Shown: one piece after another, positions 1 to 7,342 of the stretch
Numbering within the stretch: position 1 is the first letter of the stretch
Layout: each line of letters begins with the position of its first letter
DNA from: Clostridia bacterium
GTDB lineage: Bacteria > Bacillota > Clostridia > Oscillospirales > UBA644
Assembly: GCA_017621705.1 (NCBI GenBank)
Contig: JAGASR010000035.1
Span: 49,549-113,548 of the forward strand
Reading direction: 5' to 3'
DNA: 64,000 nt
Notes under the pieces: generated by a model
Told to the model about the DNA's origin: nothing
Seen by the model: the letters and a program-made list of their open reading frames with translations, nothing else
Database searches by the model: none
Translations under genes and position numbers: made by a program

Positions 1-1764
1 GCAGAAAGAATGGTTCAGAGAGATAAAAACCACGCCTGCATCATAATGTTCTCCCTCGGCAACGAAAGCGGAAACGGCGAAAATCATATCGCTATGGAAA
101 AATATATAAGAAATGTGGTTCCGAATGTTCTCGTGCATTATTGCGACAATGATGTGGTATCCGATGTTGAAAGCATGATGTACAGATGGGTAGATCAGCT
201 TGTACGCCATGGCGAGGATAAAGAAAACAAGAGACCGTTTTTCATGTGCGAATATGCTCACTCTATGGGGCTTGGTCCGGGCAGTTTCAAGGAATATTGG
301 GAAACCATATATAAATATCCGAGACTTATGGGCGGCTGCGTATGGGAATGGTGCGACCATGCCGTTGCGCATAAGCATGAAGACGGCTCCGTAACGTACA
401 CTTACGGCGGCGACCACGGTGAATATCCGCACGACGGAAACTTCTGCTGTGACGGTCTTGTTTACCCCGACAGAACCCCCTCTACCGCGGCTCTCGAAAT
501 GAAGCAGGCATACACGCCGCTCAACGTTTCTTTCTGCAAAGACTGCGGCAGAATAAAGATGATAAACCGTCTCGACTTTTCTGACATTTCCGAATATACC
601 GTCAAATGGACGGCACTTCTTAACGGTGACGAGATCGCTTCGGGCATTTTCGAAGATCTCGATATCGCGCCCCATGCAACGAAAGCCGTAGATCTCCCGT
701 TTGCGACAGAAGAAAACGGCGAATATGTCATTACGATCTACGTTGAAGATAACAGAGAACTCAAAGGCATTGAAAAAGGCCATATCTGCTCGGCAGAATC
801 TCTTGTTGTAAAAGAAGCTTGTTATGCTTGCGGCTGCAAGAAAGAAAGCGACAAGAAGCTCGAAGTTGAAGAAAATACAAGATATATAACTGTATGCGGC
901 AACGGATTCGAAGTTAAATTCGACAAAGCCGACGGCACCGTTTCAAGCTACAAGGCATTTGGCGCAGAACTTATCAACGACAGACCGCAGTACCCCGAAA
1001 GAAGAGGACTTTGCAGACTTCCAGCAGGCATCAAGCCGAATATATGGCACGCAAAGACAGATAACGATCATTTTCTCAACGATTCGCTCCGCTACTGTGC
1101 AGACAGAACATGGCATACCATCACAAACGCGCAGATCGTTCTGATGGGAAAACAGCGTGTTGATATCAAGGTTACAGGCAGTCTCTGCGCGCCCGCTTGC
1201 AAGCCCATAATGACGACAGAGCTCGTTTACAGAATAAACGCTTGCGGCAGTATTAACGTCAACGTCAAATACGAATCACTCGTAAACGAAGCGTTCCTGC
1301 TTCCGAGACTCGGTATCGCGTTCGAAATGCCGAGAGAATTCGAAAACGTTGAATGGTACGGTAAAGGCGGCGGCGAAAGCTATCCCGATATGCCTCTTTC
1401 GACGGTCATCGGCAAATTTACAAATAAAGTTGAAAAGATGCACGAACCGTATCTCCGTCCGCAGGAAAGCGGCAACAGAAGCGAGACCCGCTGGATGAAG
1501 ATCAAAAACGCCGACGGCGTGGGCTTCTTTATCAGATCAGACAGACCGTTTGACTTCTCGACTCACCACTATACAGATGACGACCTCATCGGCTGGAGAC
1601 ACAGAGAAGATGTCAAGGATATGGGCTTTACACGCATCAACCTCGACGGCTTCGTAAGCGGCATCGGCAGTGGCTCCTGCGGTCCGAGCCCTATGGATAA
1701 ATATCTGCTGAAAATGATCGGAACGAAAGAATTCTCGTTCAAACTCAAACCGATCAAAGAATAG
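1..1764 (+). CDS. lacZ: beta-galactosidase, GH2 family, C-terminal ~587 codons (5' end outside window)
   Basis: The frame is open from base 1. GH2 signatures are NHACIIMFSLGNES, FMCEYAHSMG and GGCVWEWCDH. A hairpin terminator follows. Confidence 0.9.
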   Translation, partial: AERMVQRDKNHACIIMFSLGNESGNGENHIAMEKYIRNVVPNVLVHYCDNDVVSDVESMMYRWVDQLVRHGEDKENKRPFFMCEYAHSMGLGPGSFKEYWETIYKYPRLMGGCVWEWCDHAVAHKHEDGSVTYTYGGDHGEYPHDGNFCCDGLVYPDRTPSTAALEMKQAYTPLNVSFCKDCGRIKMINRLDFSDISEYTVKWTALLNGDEIASGIFEDLDIAPHATKAVDLPFATEENGEYVITIYVEDNRELKGIEKGHICSAESLVVKEACYACGCKKESDKKLEVEENTRYITVCGNGFEVKFDKADGTVSSYKAFGAELINDRPQYPERRGLCRLPAGIKPNIWHAKTDNDHFLNDSLRYCADRTWHTITNAQIVLMGKQRVDIKVTGSLCAPACKPIMTTELVYRINACGSINVNVKYESLVNEAFLLPRLGIAFEMPREFENVEWYGKGGGESYPDMPLSTVIGKFTNKVEKMHEPYLRPQESGNRSETRWMKIKNADGVGFFIRSDRPFDFSTHHYTDDDLIGWRHREDVKDMGFTRINLDGFVSGIGSGSCGPSPMDKYLLKMIGTKEFSFKLKPIKE

Positions 1765-1780
1765 CATAAAACGATTAAAA

Positions 1781-1809
1781 CCGACAGAACAAAAATCTGT
1801 CGGTTTTTT
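1781..1809. terminator. bidirectional rho-independent terminator between convergent lacZ and the cassette array
   Basis: Stem CCGACAGA/TCTGTCGG (1781-1788/1796-1803) with a 7-nt loop. A T6 run follows on the + strand and TTTT follows on the - strand. Confidence 0.75.
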
Positions 1810-1813
1810 ATTT

Positions 1814-1829
1814 GATAGATTGGGATTGG
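1814..1829. repeat. terminal half-copy (last 16 nt only) of the 41-bp cassette junction element
   Basis: gatagattgggattgg matches 13/16 positions of the right half of the 2695-2735 copy. It directly abuts the HIT stop codon at 1830, as the full copies do. Confidence 0.6.
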
Positions 1830-2282
1830 CTAGGTGAAATGTTTCTTCATTAGTGTATACAGTGTTTTTTTATCATCATCGAGTAAAGAAGTCTCTTTTT
1901 TCAAAGCGTAATGGTGAGCGAACTCGGTATCTTCATAGGAGTGATTGTTAATTACAATCGCATTTTTGTATCGAGGTCTCACATGTAAATGTAAATGAGG
2001 ATTAGGTTTTGTTTCTTTATAAAAGTTATTTAATAAACAACTCCAATTACTCAATTCAGCTCCTAATACTTCCTTATAGACGTATTCTAATCTATCTATG
2101 ATTGTTTTCAAATCAATCCACTCAGAAACATTTAGTTCTGAAAGACTTCCGCAATGCCTATTCAGCACTAAAATACATCTACCTACATAGTCCTGTACAT
2201 CCGCTAAATAAACAGACCAATGTAATGATTTATATAATAACCATTCATTTTCTTTATAATCACACCATTCGCACATATTCAT
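1830..2282 (-). CDS. HIT (histidine triad) family protein; cassette 6
   Basis: Has the HxHxHxx triad HLHLHVRPRY. ATG at 2280-2282, with RBS AGGTG 12 nt after the junction element. Confidence 0.8.
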   Translation of the reverse strand: MNMCEWCDYKENEWLLYKSLHWSVYLADVQDYVGRCILVLNRHCGSLSELNVSEWIDLKTIIDRLEYVYKEVLGAELSNWSCLLNNFYKETKPNPHLHLHVRPRYKNAIVINNHSYEDTEFAHHYALKKETSLLDDDKKTLYTLMKKHFT

Positions 2283-2294
2283 CGTTCACACCTA

Positions 2295-2335
2295 CAAATG
2301 CTTATTTATCGAGCTGTTCGATTTATTGGAATCTG
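2295..2335. repeat. 41-bp cassette junction element, copy S1
   Basis: caaatgcttatttatcgagctgttcgatttattggaatctg. Nested inverted repeats. Lies between the stop of the 2337 ORF and the start of the 2282 ORF. Confidence 0.9.
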
Positions 2336-2336
2336 T

Positions 2337-2678
2337 TTATTTGCTCTGTTCCGTTATGTCAGGCTCAAAGATCCAGAAAGCATTATCAACCAGCACTTCA
2401 ACCGTGTTGTTATTTCCGAAAACATATAAGTAACCTGTTCCGAAATTTGATTGATCATTTTCAACAGGAAACTCGGTGCCATTAACCGCAGAAGTGATTT
2501 CGCCATCAAATGTCATAATATCAGTTTTCAATCTGTCGCTTTCGTCACCCGTATTTTCATATAAAACACCGTCGATCATTACCATAAGGGGCAGATCGTA
2601 TTTTACATCATTGTTATTACACCCAACAAATGCCAACACGAATATCAACGATAAAACCAATATTATCAACTTTTTCAT
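2337..2678 (-). CDS. small lipoprotein, unknown function; cassette 5
   Basis: Signal peptide plus lipobox MKKLIILVLSLIFVLAFVGC. RBS AAGGAG sits immediately after the junction element. Confidence 0.75.
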   Translation of the reverse strand: MKKLIILVLSLIFVLAFVGCNNNDVKYDLPLMVMIDGVLYENTGDESDRLKTDIMTFDGEITSAVNGTEFPVENDQSNFGTGYLYVFGNNNTVEVLVDNAFWIFEPDITEQSK

Positions 2679-2694
2679 ACAATCACTCCTTTGT

Positions 2695-2735
2695 CAAATT
2701 CATATTTATCGAACTGTTCGATTTATTGGAATTGG
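2695..2735. repeat. 41-bp cassette junction element, copy S2
   Basis: caaattcatatttatcgaactgttcgatttattggaattgg. Contains the perfect 15-bp palindrome atcgaactgttcgat (2708-2722). Confidence 0.9.
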
Positions 2736-3665
2736 TCAAATTGAAATTATTGCTTCCACAAACTGGTTTGCCTTTTCTGTATGAATACCGTGCCCACAAT
2801 CAAATTGCTTGATTTTCATATTTTCAATCAAGGCATTGACTCTCTGCAAATCTTCATCAGACAATGCGCCTTGCAACAAACCATTCTCACCAATCGTTGT
2901 TTTTGCTTTCATAAACAGAGTGTCGCATTTGATTTTAGAAAGAAGGTCATTGTAATCAACAGTGTCATTGAACGAATCGTTATAAAAGGCTTCTCCAAAA
3001 TGAGGGTCATAATATTGCAGGCCATTAAAGCCTTCTAAAAACTTTTTAGGCCAAAACAGAACTTTCAGATTTTTGTCGGGATGTTTGGCTCGGTATTTCA
3101 ATGCGAAACCACTCAGTTTTTCTCTGACAGTTTCTCTGGATTCATCGGGAAAGAAATTCCAGCAATACTGATTCTTGAAATAATAATAGACGAAATCCTT
3201 TTCCACATCCTGTAAAAGGAAATTATGGCAGACAGAGGATAAATCCTTGTAATTGTATGTATTGTATCTTCTTTCGCCCCAGCTTGAGAAGAACGGAGGG
3301 TCTTCCAATATTAGTTTGGTGCATCTGGGAGATTGTGCTGCAATGTATGCTGCAATCAGTCCACCTGACGAATGACCCAACACGGCAACAGAATCACAAA
3401 TCACATTTTCAATAAAGTCCATGATGTCGTTGCCGATACTGACCAGATTGTATTTTTCCGGATTGCGGGAACTCTTTCCGTGCCCGTAATAATCTACCAT
3501 GTACACATGGTAGTACTTTGCAAGTTTTGTAACAACATTATTGAAGCTACAGGAGTTTGTCCCCTGGGCATGAAGCAGTAGTAATTTGTTTTTTGCGGTT
3601 CCAACCTCATAGTAGTTCAAAATACTGCTATCATCAATTTTATACTGTGCATTATGAATCTTCAT
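2736..3665 (-). CDS. alpha/beta hydrolase fold protein; cassette 4
   Basis: Nucleophile elbow GHSSGG and a C-terminal His region CGHGIH. 309 aa. Confidence 0.8.
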   Translation of the reverse strand: MKIHNAQYKIDDSSILNYYEVGTAKNKLLLLHAQGTNSCSFNNVVTKLAKYYHVYMVDYYGHGKSSRNPEKYNLVSIGNDIMDFIENVICDSVAVLGHSSGGLIAAYIAAQSPRCTKLILEDPPFFSSWGERRYNTYNYKDLSSVCHNFLLQDVEKDFVYYYFKNQYCWNFFPDESRETVREKLSGFALKYRAKHPDKNLKVLFWPKKFLEGFNGLQYYDPHFGEAFYNDSFNDTVDYNDLLSKIKCDTLFMKAKTTIGENGLLQGALSDEDLQRVNALIENMKIKQFDCGHGIHTEKANQFVEAIISI

Positions 3666-3683
3666 GTTGTATACTCACCTCGT

Positions 3684-3724
3684 CAAATTCTTATTTATCG
3701 AACTGTTCGACCTATTGGAATTTG
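3684..3724. repeat. 41-bp cassette junction element, copy S3
   Basis: caaattcttatttatcgaactgttcgacctattggaatttg. Confidence 0.9.
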
Positions 3725-3725
3725 A

Positions 3726-4331
3726 CTAACTCTCCGATTGTTCCTGTAACAATTCAAATTGTTCCGATGTTACAAGCCGCTTTAATGCAGTCATTGCTTT
3801 ATGATACTCATTTTCATAATGTGAGAACGTATCCGTTTTTTGTAGTTTGAATCCAATAGAAAGATATAAGAAAATGGCTTTCCAACTCCATGGCTGTGTA
3901 TGAATATAGACAGGAAGATTCTCTTGCTCTTTAAAACAATTCATAGTTGCATAACATAAGGCTTTTCCTAACCCCCGCCCATGATATTCTTCATCCACAA
4001 CCAGCCAGTGCAATGAAGATACGATAGACTCTTTGCGTCTATCTTGCCATGCAATACAAGACCCTACTATAAGGTTATCTTCATTCAGAAGAAAAAGAAT
4101 ATTGTTTATTAACGGACGATTCCGTAAATATGTTGAAATAAAGTAACTTTCTGCTTCTTCCAAAGACTCAAAGTCTCCAATGGAACACTCTAATTCTGCC
4201 CAAGCTTTTTCATATCCACTTTTATAGGGTACAATGGAGAATCCTTTTGGTAACACAACATCATTGTGTTGATAAGTATCACATCTTAAAATCGTGTTAT
4301 AAAAGGGTATTGTTCTATCCAACACTACCAT
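3726..4331 (-). CDS. GNAT family N-acetyltransferase; cassette 3 (start uncertain)
   Basis: Acetyl-CoA motif WLVVDEEYHGRGLGKAL. The ORF track starts at TTG 4340. ATG 4331 lies 1 nt from GGAGGG. GTG at 4325 has better RBS spacing. Confidence 0.75.
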   Translation of the reverse strand: MVVLDRTIPFYNTILRCDTYQHNDVVLPKGFSIVPYKSGYEKAWAELECSIGDFESLEEAESYFISTYLRNRPLINNILFLLNEDNLIVGSCIAWQDRRKESIVSSLHWLVVDEEYHGRGLGKALCYATMNCFKEQENLPVYIHTQPWSWKAIFLYLSIGFKLQKTDTFSHYENEYHKAMTALKRLVTSEQFELLQEQSES

Positions 4332-4342
4332 GCCCTCCAAAT

Positions 4343-4383
4343 CAAATTCTTATTTATCTAACTGTTCGACTTATTGGAATTTG
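4343..4383. repeat. 41-bp cassette junction element, copy S4
   Basis: caaattcttatttatctaactgttcgacttattggaatttg. Confidence 0.9.
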
Positions 4384-4384
4384 T

Positions 4385-4660
4385 CTACTTCCTTTTTTGT
4401 TTAAGTAAATATGCTACCAAATATGCAATGCCTGTTAGTATTACACCAAGCACGATATGTCCAGGCATAACCAAAATAAAGAACATTGCTCTATGCTCGC
4501 TGTAACTAATTATGGTTGGCATTTCGATAGCACTGTATGCAACGGCCAAGGCTGTTGAAACCAACGGAGAAATCCACAGTAGTTTTCTCTTAACAAAGAA
4601 AACTGCAACCACCGTAAGAACGGGTATTACACCCCAGAAAATAATGCTCCACCAATTCAT
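4385..4660 (-). CDS. small integral membrane protein (about 91 aa, 3 predicted TM segments); cassette 2
   Basis: Hydrophobic segments WSIIFWGVIPVLTVVAVFFV, ISPLVSTALAVAYSAI and FFILVMPGHIVLGVILTGIAYLVAYL. The start was moved to ATG 4660, which follows AAGGAG. The leader GACAAAGGAGTG..ATTGTATG is the same as for the 2678 gene. Confidence 0.65.
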   Translation of the reverse strand: MNWWSIIFWGVIPVLTVVAVFFVKRKLLWISPLVSTALAVAYSAIEMPTIISYSEHRAMFFILVMPGHIVLGVILTGIAYLVAYLLKQKRK

Positions 4661-4678
4661 ACAATCACACTCCTTTGT

Positions 4679-4720
4679 CAAATTCATATTTATCGAACTG
4701 TTCGATCTATTGGGAATTAG
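4679..4720. repeat. cassette junction element, copy S5 (42 bp, one extra g)
   Basis: caaattcatatttatcgaactgttcgatctattgggaattag. Confidence 0.9.
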
Positions 4721-4723
4721 TGA

Positions 4724-5086
4724 TTATACCGGTGTTCCCACTTCGATCAAGTTGCCGTCCAAATCGTAAAATCGGATTACTCGTTGCCCCCAACTATGTG
4801 TCATAAGATGATTTACATATTCAATATCGGGATACAGTCTTTCTAATTTTTCGACAAAGGATTCGATATCCTGCTCCTCAAAATACAATTCGCAAGAGTT
4901 GCTCTTCGGAACAATATCTCTATCTAAAAACGATTTCCATATTTTCTCGTCTTGAAGGACAAGACCTTCCGTTAAAATCAGATTGCCGTCGTTGTCAAGC
5001 ACCAAATCTATACCAAATAAATCGTGATAGAATTTTCTCGATTTCTCTATATCTTTAACAACAATCAGAATGTCCTTCAATTTCAT
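4724..5086 (-). CDS. VOC/glyoxalase-bleomycin resistance family protein; cassette 1
   Basis: N-terminus MKLKDILIVVKDIEKSRKFYHDLFG and C-terminus VIRFYDLDGNLIEVG are typical of the glyoxalase-fold beta-alpha-beta-beta-beta unit. Confidence 0.75.
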   Translation of the reverse strand: MKLKDILIVVKDIEKSRKFYHDLFGIDLVLDNDGNLILTEGLVLQDEKIWKSFLDRDIVPKSNSCELYFEEQDIESFVEKLERLYPDIEYVNHLMTHSWGQRVIRFYDLDGNLIEVGTPV

Positions 5087-5099
5087 ATAATTTCTCCGT

Positions 5100-5123
5100 C
5101 AAATTCTTTTTATCGAACTGTTC
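5100..5123. repeat. proximal half-copy (first 24 nt only) of the cassette junction element
   Basis: caaattctttttatcgaactgttc. The sequence then diverges (tgtaagtatagg). It is complementary in extent to the half-copy at 1814-1829. Confidence 0.8.
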
Positions 5124-5127
5124 TGTA

Positions 5128-5155
5128 AGTATAGGTACATCTTTTTCGGTTACAA
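5128..5155 (-). promoter_or_regulatory. candidate promoter reading into the cassette array
   Basis: On the minus strand: TTGTAA (5155-5150), 16-nt spacer, TATACT (5133-5128). The -10 ends 4 nt before the half-site begins. TATACT is the -10 used at other promoters in this window. Confidence 0.5.
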
Positions 5156-5195
5156 ATGATTTATCTAAATCATAACAATCGATTTTATTCGGGGG

Positions 5196-6386
5196 TTATT
5201 TGCAGACGAGGACCGTCCCGTCAGCGCAAAGAGCGTAAAGCGCAAAATTTTCCGTCCCTTTAACGCAAACGCAGAATTCCGAAACATCCGTATAGCTCGA
5301 AATTTCTTCGGCAAACGGATTATCATCGGTCGCAAGAAGCGTACCTGTTAAAGTCAAAGCGACAGGATAGAAATTATCGTTATATTTCATGATCGCAATA
5401 TCTTTTATGTCCGTCCACGCCGCAATCTGATCCGCATATTTATTTTCGGGTGAACAGAGAACTTTGCCGGAGCATGAAAGACCGATCGTATTTTCAACAT
5501 GCTCGGAAGTCAGAACCTTTTTGACATTCATCCAACTTTCGGCATCGGAATTACGATCACAGTCAACGGTATGATCTTTCAAAACAAACGCACAGTTACC
5601 GTATTTAAAAGAAATATCCGTAATATTTTCGAGCGTCTGCGAGATCTCGCCGTTATAAACGACATGTACTTTGCCGCTTTCCGTAAAGACATAAAGCCCC
5701 GTCATCGACCAGTAACCCGTATCGGGCAGGATCTGATGGCGGATGAAAAGTATACCGTCGTTTTTCGCAATAGAATTTACGATCTCTTCGTTGCTCTCAA
5801 ATTTATCGGTCTTTACAAGGTGAAGCTCCCCTATCTGCGGATAAAAATCGCAGGTATAAAGCTCTCCGCCTTTTTCGATTAACGAAAGATACTCGGAATA
5901 ATCGGCATTTTCGAGGAACATATACGAAACGATCGTTTCGTCCTTTACGGCGCACAAAATTCTGCCAGACATCTGTTCAGCCGCAAGAATTGTATCGGTT
6001 GCATAAAGTTCGAGCTGTCTTTCGGCGGAAACATCGTCCCAATAAAGCTGATAGAGTTTGGTGCAGTAATCTTCGCGGAAAAAAGTCCCGATATCGAGCC
6101 TGTAGGCAGTACCGTTTTCGGCAATAAGCCAGTTATCTGAAATGATCTTTGCTTCGGGAAGAGAAGAAAGATCGTAATATGAATACGTTTGATCGTCAAG
6201 CTTCTTTACCGTCTGACCGTCAAGGAAGTACATAGACGAAAGCTTCGTGTTATAAACGGCATCGTGATACTCATTATGAACAGAGCACGGCAATATCTCG
6301 TCATGCTCGTTATCTTCAACGTTGCCGAAAGAACAAGCAAACAAAAGAACGAACACAAGACACGCCAAAACTTTTATCTTCCGCAT
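5196..6386 (-). CDS. lipoprotein, unknown function (396 aa)
   Basis: Signal peptide plus Cys: MRKIKVLACLVFVLLFACS. No recognisable catalytic motif. Confidence 0.7.
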   Translation of the reverse strand: MRKIKVLACLVFVLLFACSFGNVEDNEHDEILPCSVHNEYHDAVYNTKLSSMYFLDGQTVKKLDDQTYSYYDLSSLPEAKIISDNWLIAENGTAYRLDIGTFFREDYCTKLYQLYWDDVSAERQLELYATDTILAAEQMSGRILCAVKDETIVSYMFLENADYSEYLSLIEKGGELYTCDFYPQIGELHLVKTDKFESNEEIVNSIAKNDGILFIRHQILPDTGYWSMTGLYVFTESGKVHVVYNGEISQTLENITDISFKYGNCAFVLKDHTVDCDRNSDAESWMNVKKVLTSEHVENTIGLSCSGKVLCSPENKYADQIAAWTDIKDIAIMKYNDNFYPVALTLTGTLLATDDNPFAEEISSYTDVSEFCVCVKGTENFALYALCADGTVLVCK

Positions 6387-6486
6387 AAATACCTCCCATA
6401 AAAAAATGACTTTTTACTGTTTTGCTCCAAGAATCATCGTCATCGAAGTTTCATCAGAAATTCACAGTTTTATCATACTTTATTAT

Positions 6487-6515
6487 ATGATACACGAAAA
6501 ACGACGATTTGTCAA
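6487..6515 (-). promoter_or_regulatory. candidate promoter of the 5196-6386 lipoprotein gene
   Basis: Minus strand: TTGACA (6515-6510), 17 nt, TATCAT (6492-6487). Confidence 0.45.
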
Positions 6516-6569
6516 GGGCTTTAACAATAAAAAGCCATAATTTTATAAAAAATATTTTTCAACTAATAT

Positions 6570-7280
6570 TTATTTGGCTGTATTCTGACCGTAATAAGCT
6601 GTCGCGCCGTGTTTACGGTAAAAATGACGTTCAAGAAGAACCTGATCCATCTGATTTGTGCGTGTCATATCGGAAACGGAGAAAGTCAGCATATTCATCT
6701 GAGCGACACGTTCAAGAACGAATGCGTTTTCAACGGCTTTTGCGGGAGTTTTGCCCCAGACAAAAGGAGCGTGCTGAGAAACGAGGACTGCGGGGCAGTA
6801 TTCGTAATTGAGATTCTGCTTTTCGAATGTTTCGACTATAACAGTACCCGTATTTTTCTCGTAAGCACCGTTTATTTCTTCGGCAGTAAGTTTTCTTGTT
6901 GCGGGAACGGCGCAGGAAAAATAATCCGCATGAGTCGTTCCGAGAGGAAGAATGCTTTCGGAAGCCTGTGCGAAAGCGGTAGCGTAAGTGGAATGAGTGT
7001 GAACAACGCCGCCGATCTCGGGGAAATTACGGTAAAGCTCGAGATGAGTGGGTGTATCAGAACTGGGACGGAGCTTGCCTTCGACAATATTTCCGTCAAG
7101 GTCAACAACGACCATATCGTCTTCGGTCATAATATCGTAATCGACGCCGGAGGGCTTGATAACGACGAGACCGCTTTCTCTGTCGATACCGCTGGCATTA
7201 CCCCAGGTGAGCATAACGAGGCCGCATTTAACGAGTTCTATATTTGCGATAAAAACGTCTTTTTTAAGTTGTTCGAGCAT
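6570..7280 (-). CDS. araD: L-ribulose-5-phosphate 4-epimerase
   Basis: Class II aldolase/AraD pattern: TWGNASGIDRESGLVVIKPSGV, PSSDTPTHLELY and HTHSTYATAFAQA. Confidence 0.9.
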   Translation of the reverse strand: MLEQLKKDVFIANIELVKCGLVMLTWGNASGIDRESGLVVIKPSGVDYDIMTEDDMVVVDLDGNIVEGKLRPSSDTPTHLELYRNFPEIGGVVHTHSTYATAFAQASESILPLGTTHADYFSCAVPATRKLTAEEINGAYEKNTGTVIVETFEKQNLNYEYCPAVLVSQHAPFVWGKTPAKAVENAFVLERVAQMNMLTFSVSDMTRTNQMDQVLLERHFYRKHGATAYYGQNTAK

Positions 7281-7313
7281 AAAAAATCTCCTGTTTGGTT
7301 TATTTATAAATAA

Positions 7314-7342
7314 AGTATAGCCGTAAAACCGTAATTTGTCAA
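7314..7342 (-). promoter_or_regulatory. araD promoter
   Basis: Minus strand: TTGACA (7342-7337), 17 nt, TATACT (7319-7314). Confidence 0.7.

Larger units (their letters stand above)
1814..5195 (-). mobile_element. integron-like gene cassette array (six cassettes, novel 41-bp junction site, no recombinase in window)
   Basis: One ORF per unit, conserved junction repeats, complementary terminal half-sites, AT-richer than the flanks by eye, and cargo typical of integron cassettes. Confidence 0.55.

Noticed and set aside
2708-2722. The GAAC...GTTC core of the junction palindrome resembles a Gram-positive LexA/DinR box.
   Set aside because: The SOS box has the half-sites separated by 4 nt (GAAC-N4-GTTC). 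Here they are separated by 1 nt, and the element sits at ORF boundaries rather than at promoters of DNA-repair genes.
4661-4687. The ORF track starts the small membrane protein at ATG 4687 (100 aa).
   Set aside because: That ATG lies inside the conserved junction element. The in-frame ATG at 4660 follows AAGGAG with the same leader as the 2678 gene, so the first 9 codons are most likely not translated.
1814-5123. The regularly spaced conserved repeats could suggest a CRISPR array.
   Set aside because: The units between repeats are 336-989 bp, and each contains a complete ORF with an RBS. CRISPR spacers are about 30-40 bp and non-coding. No cas genes are present.
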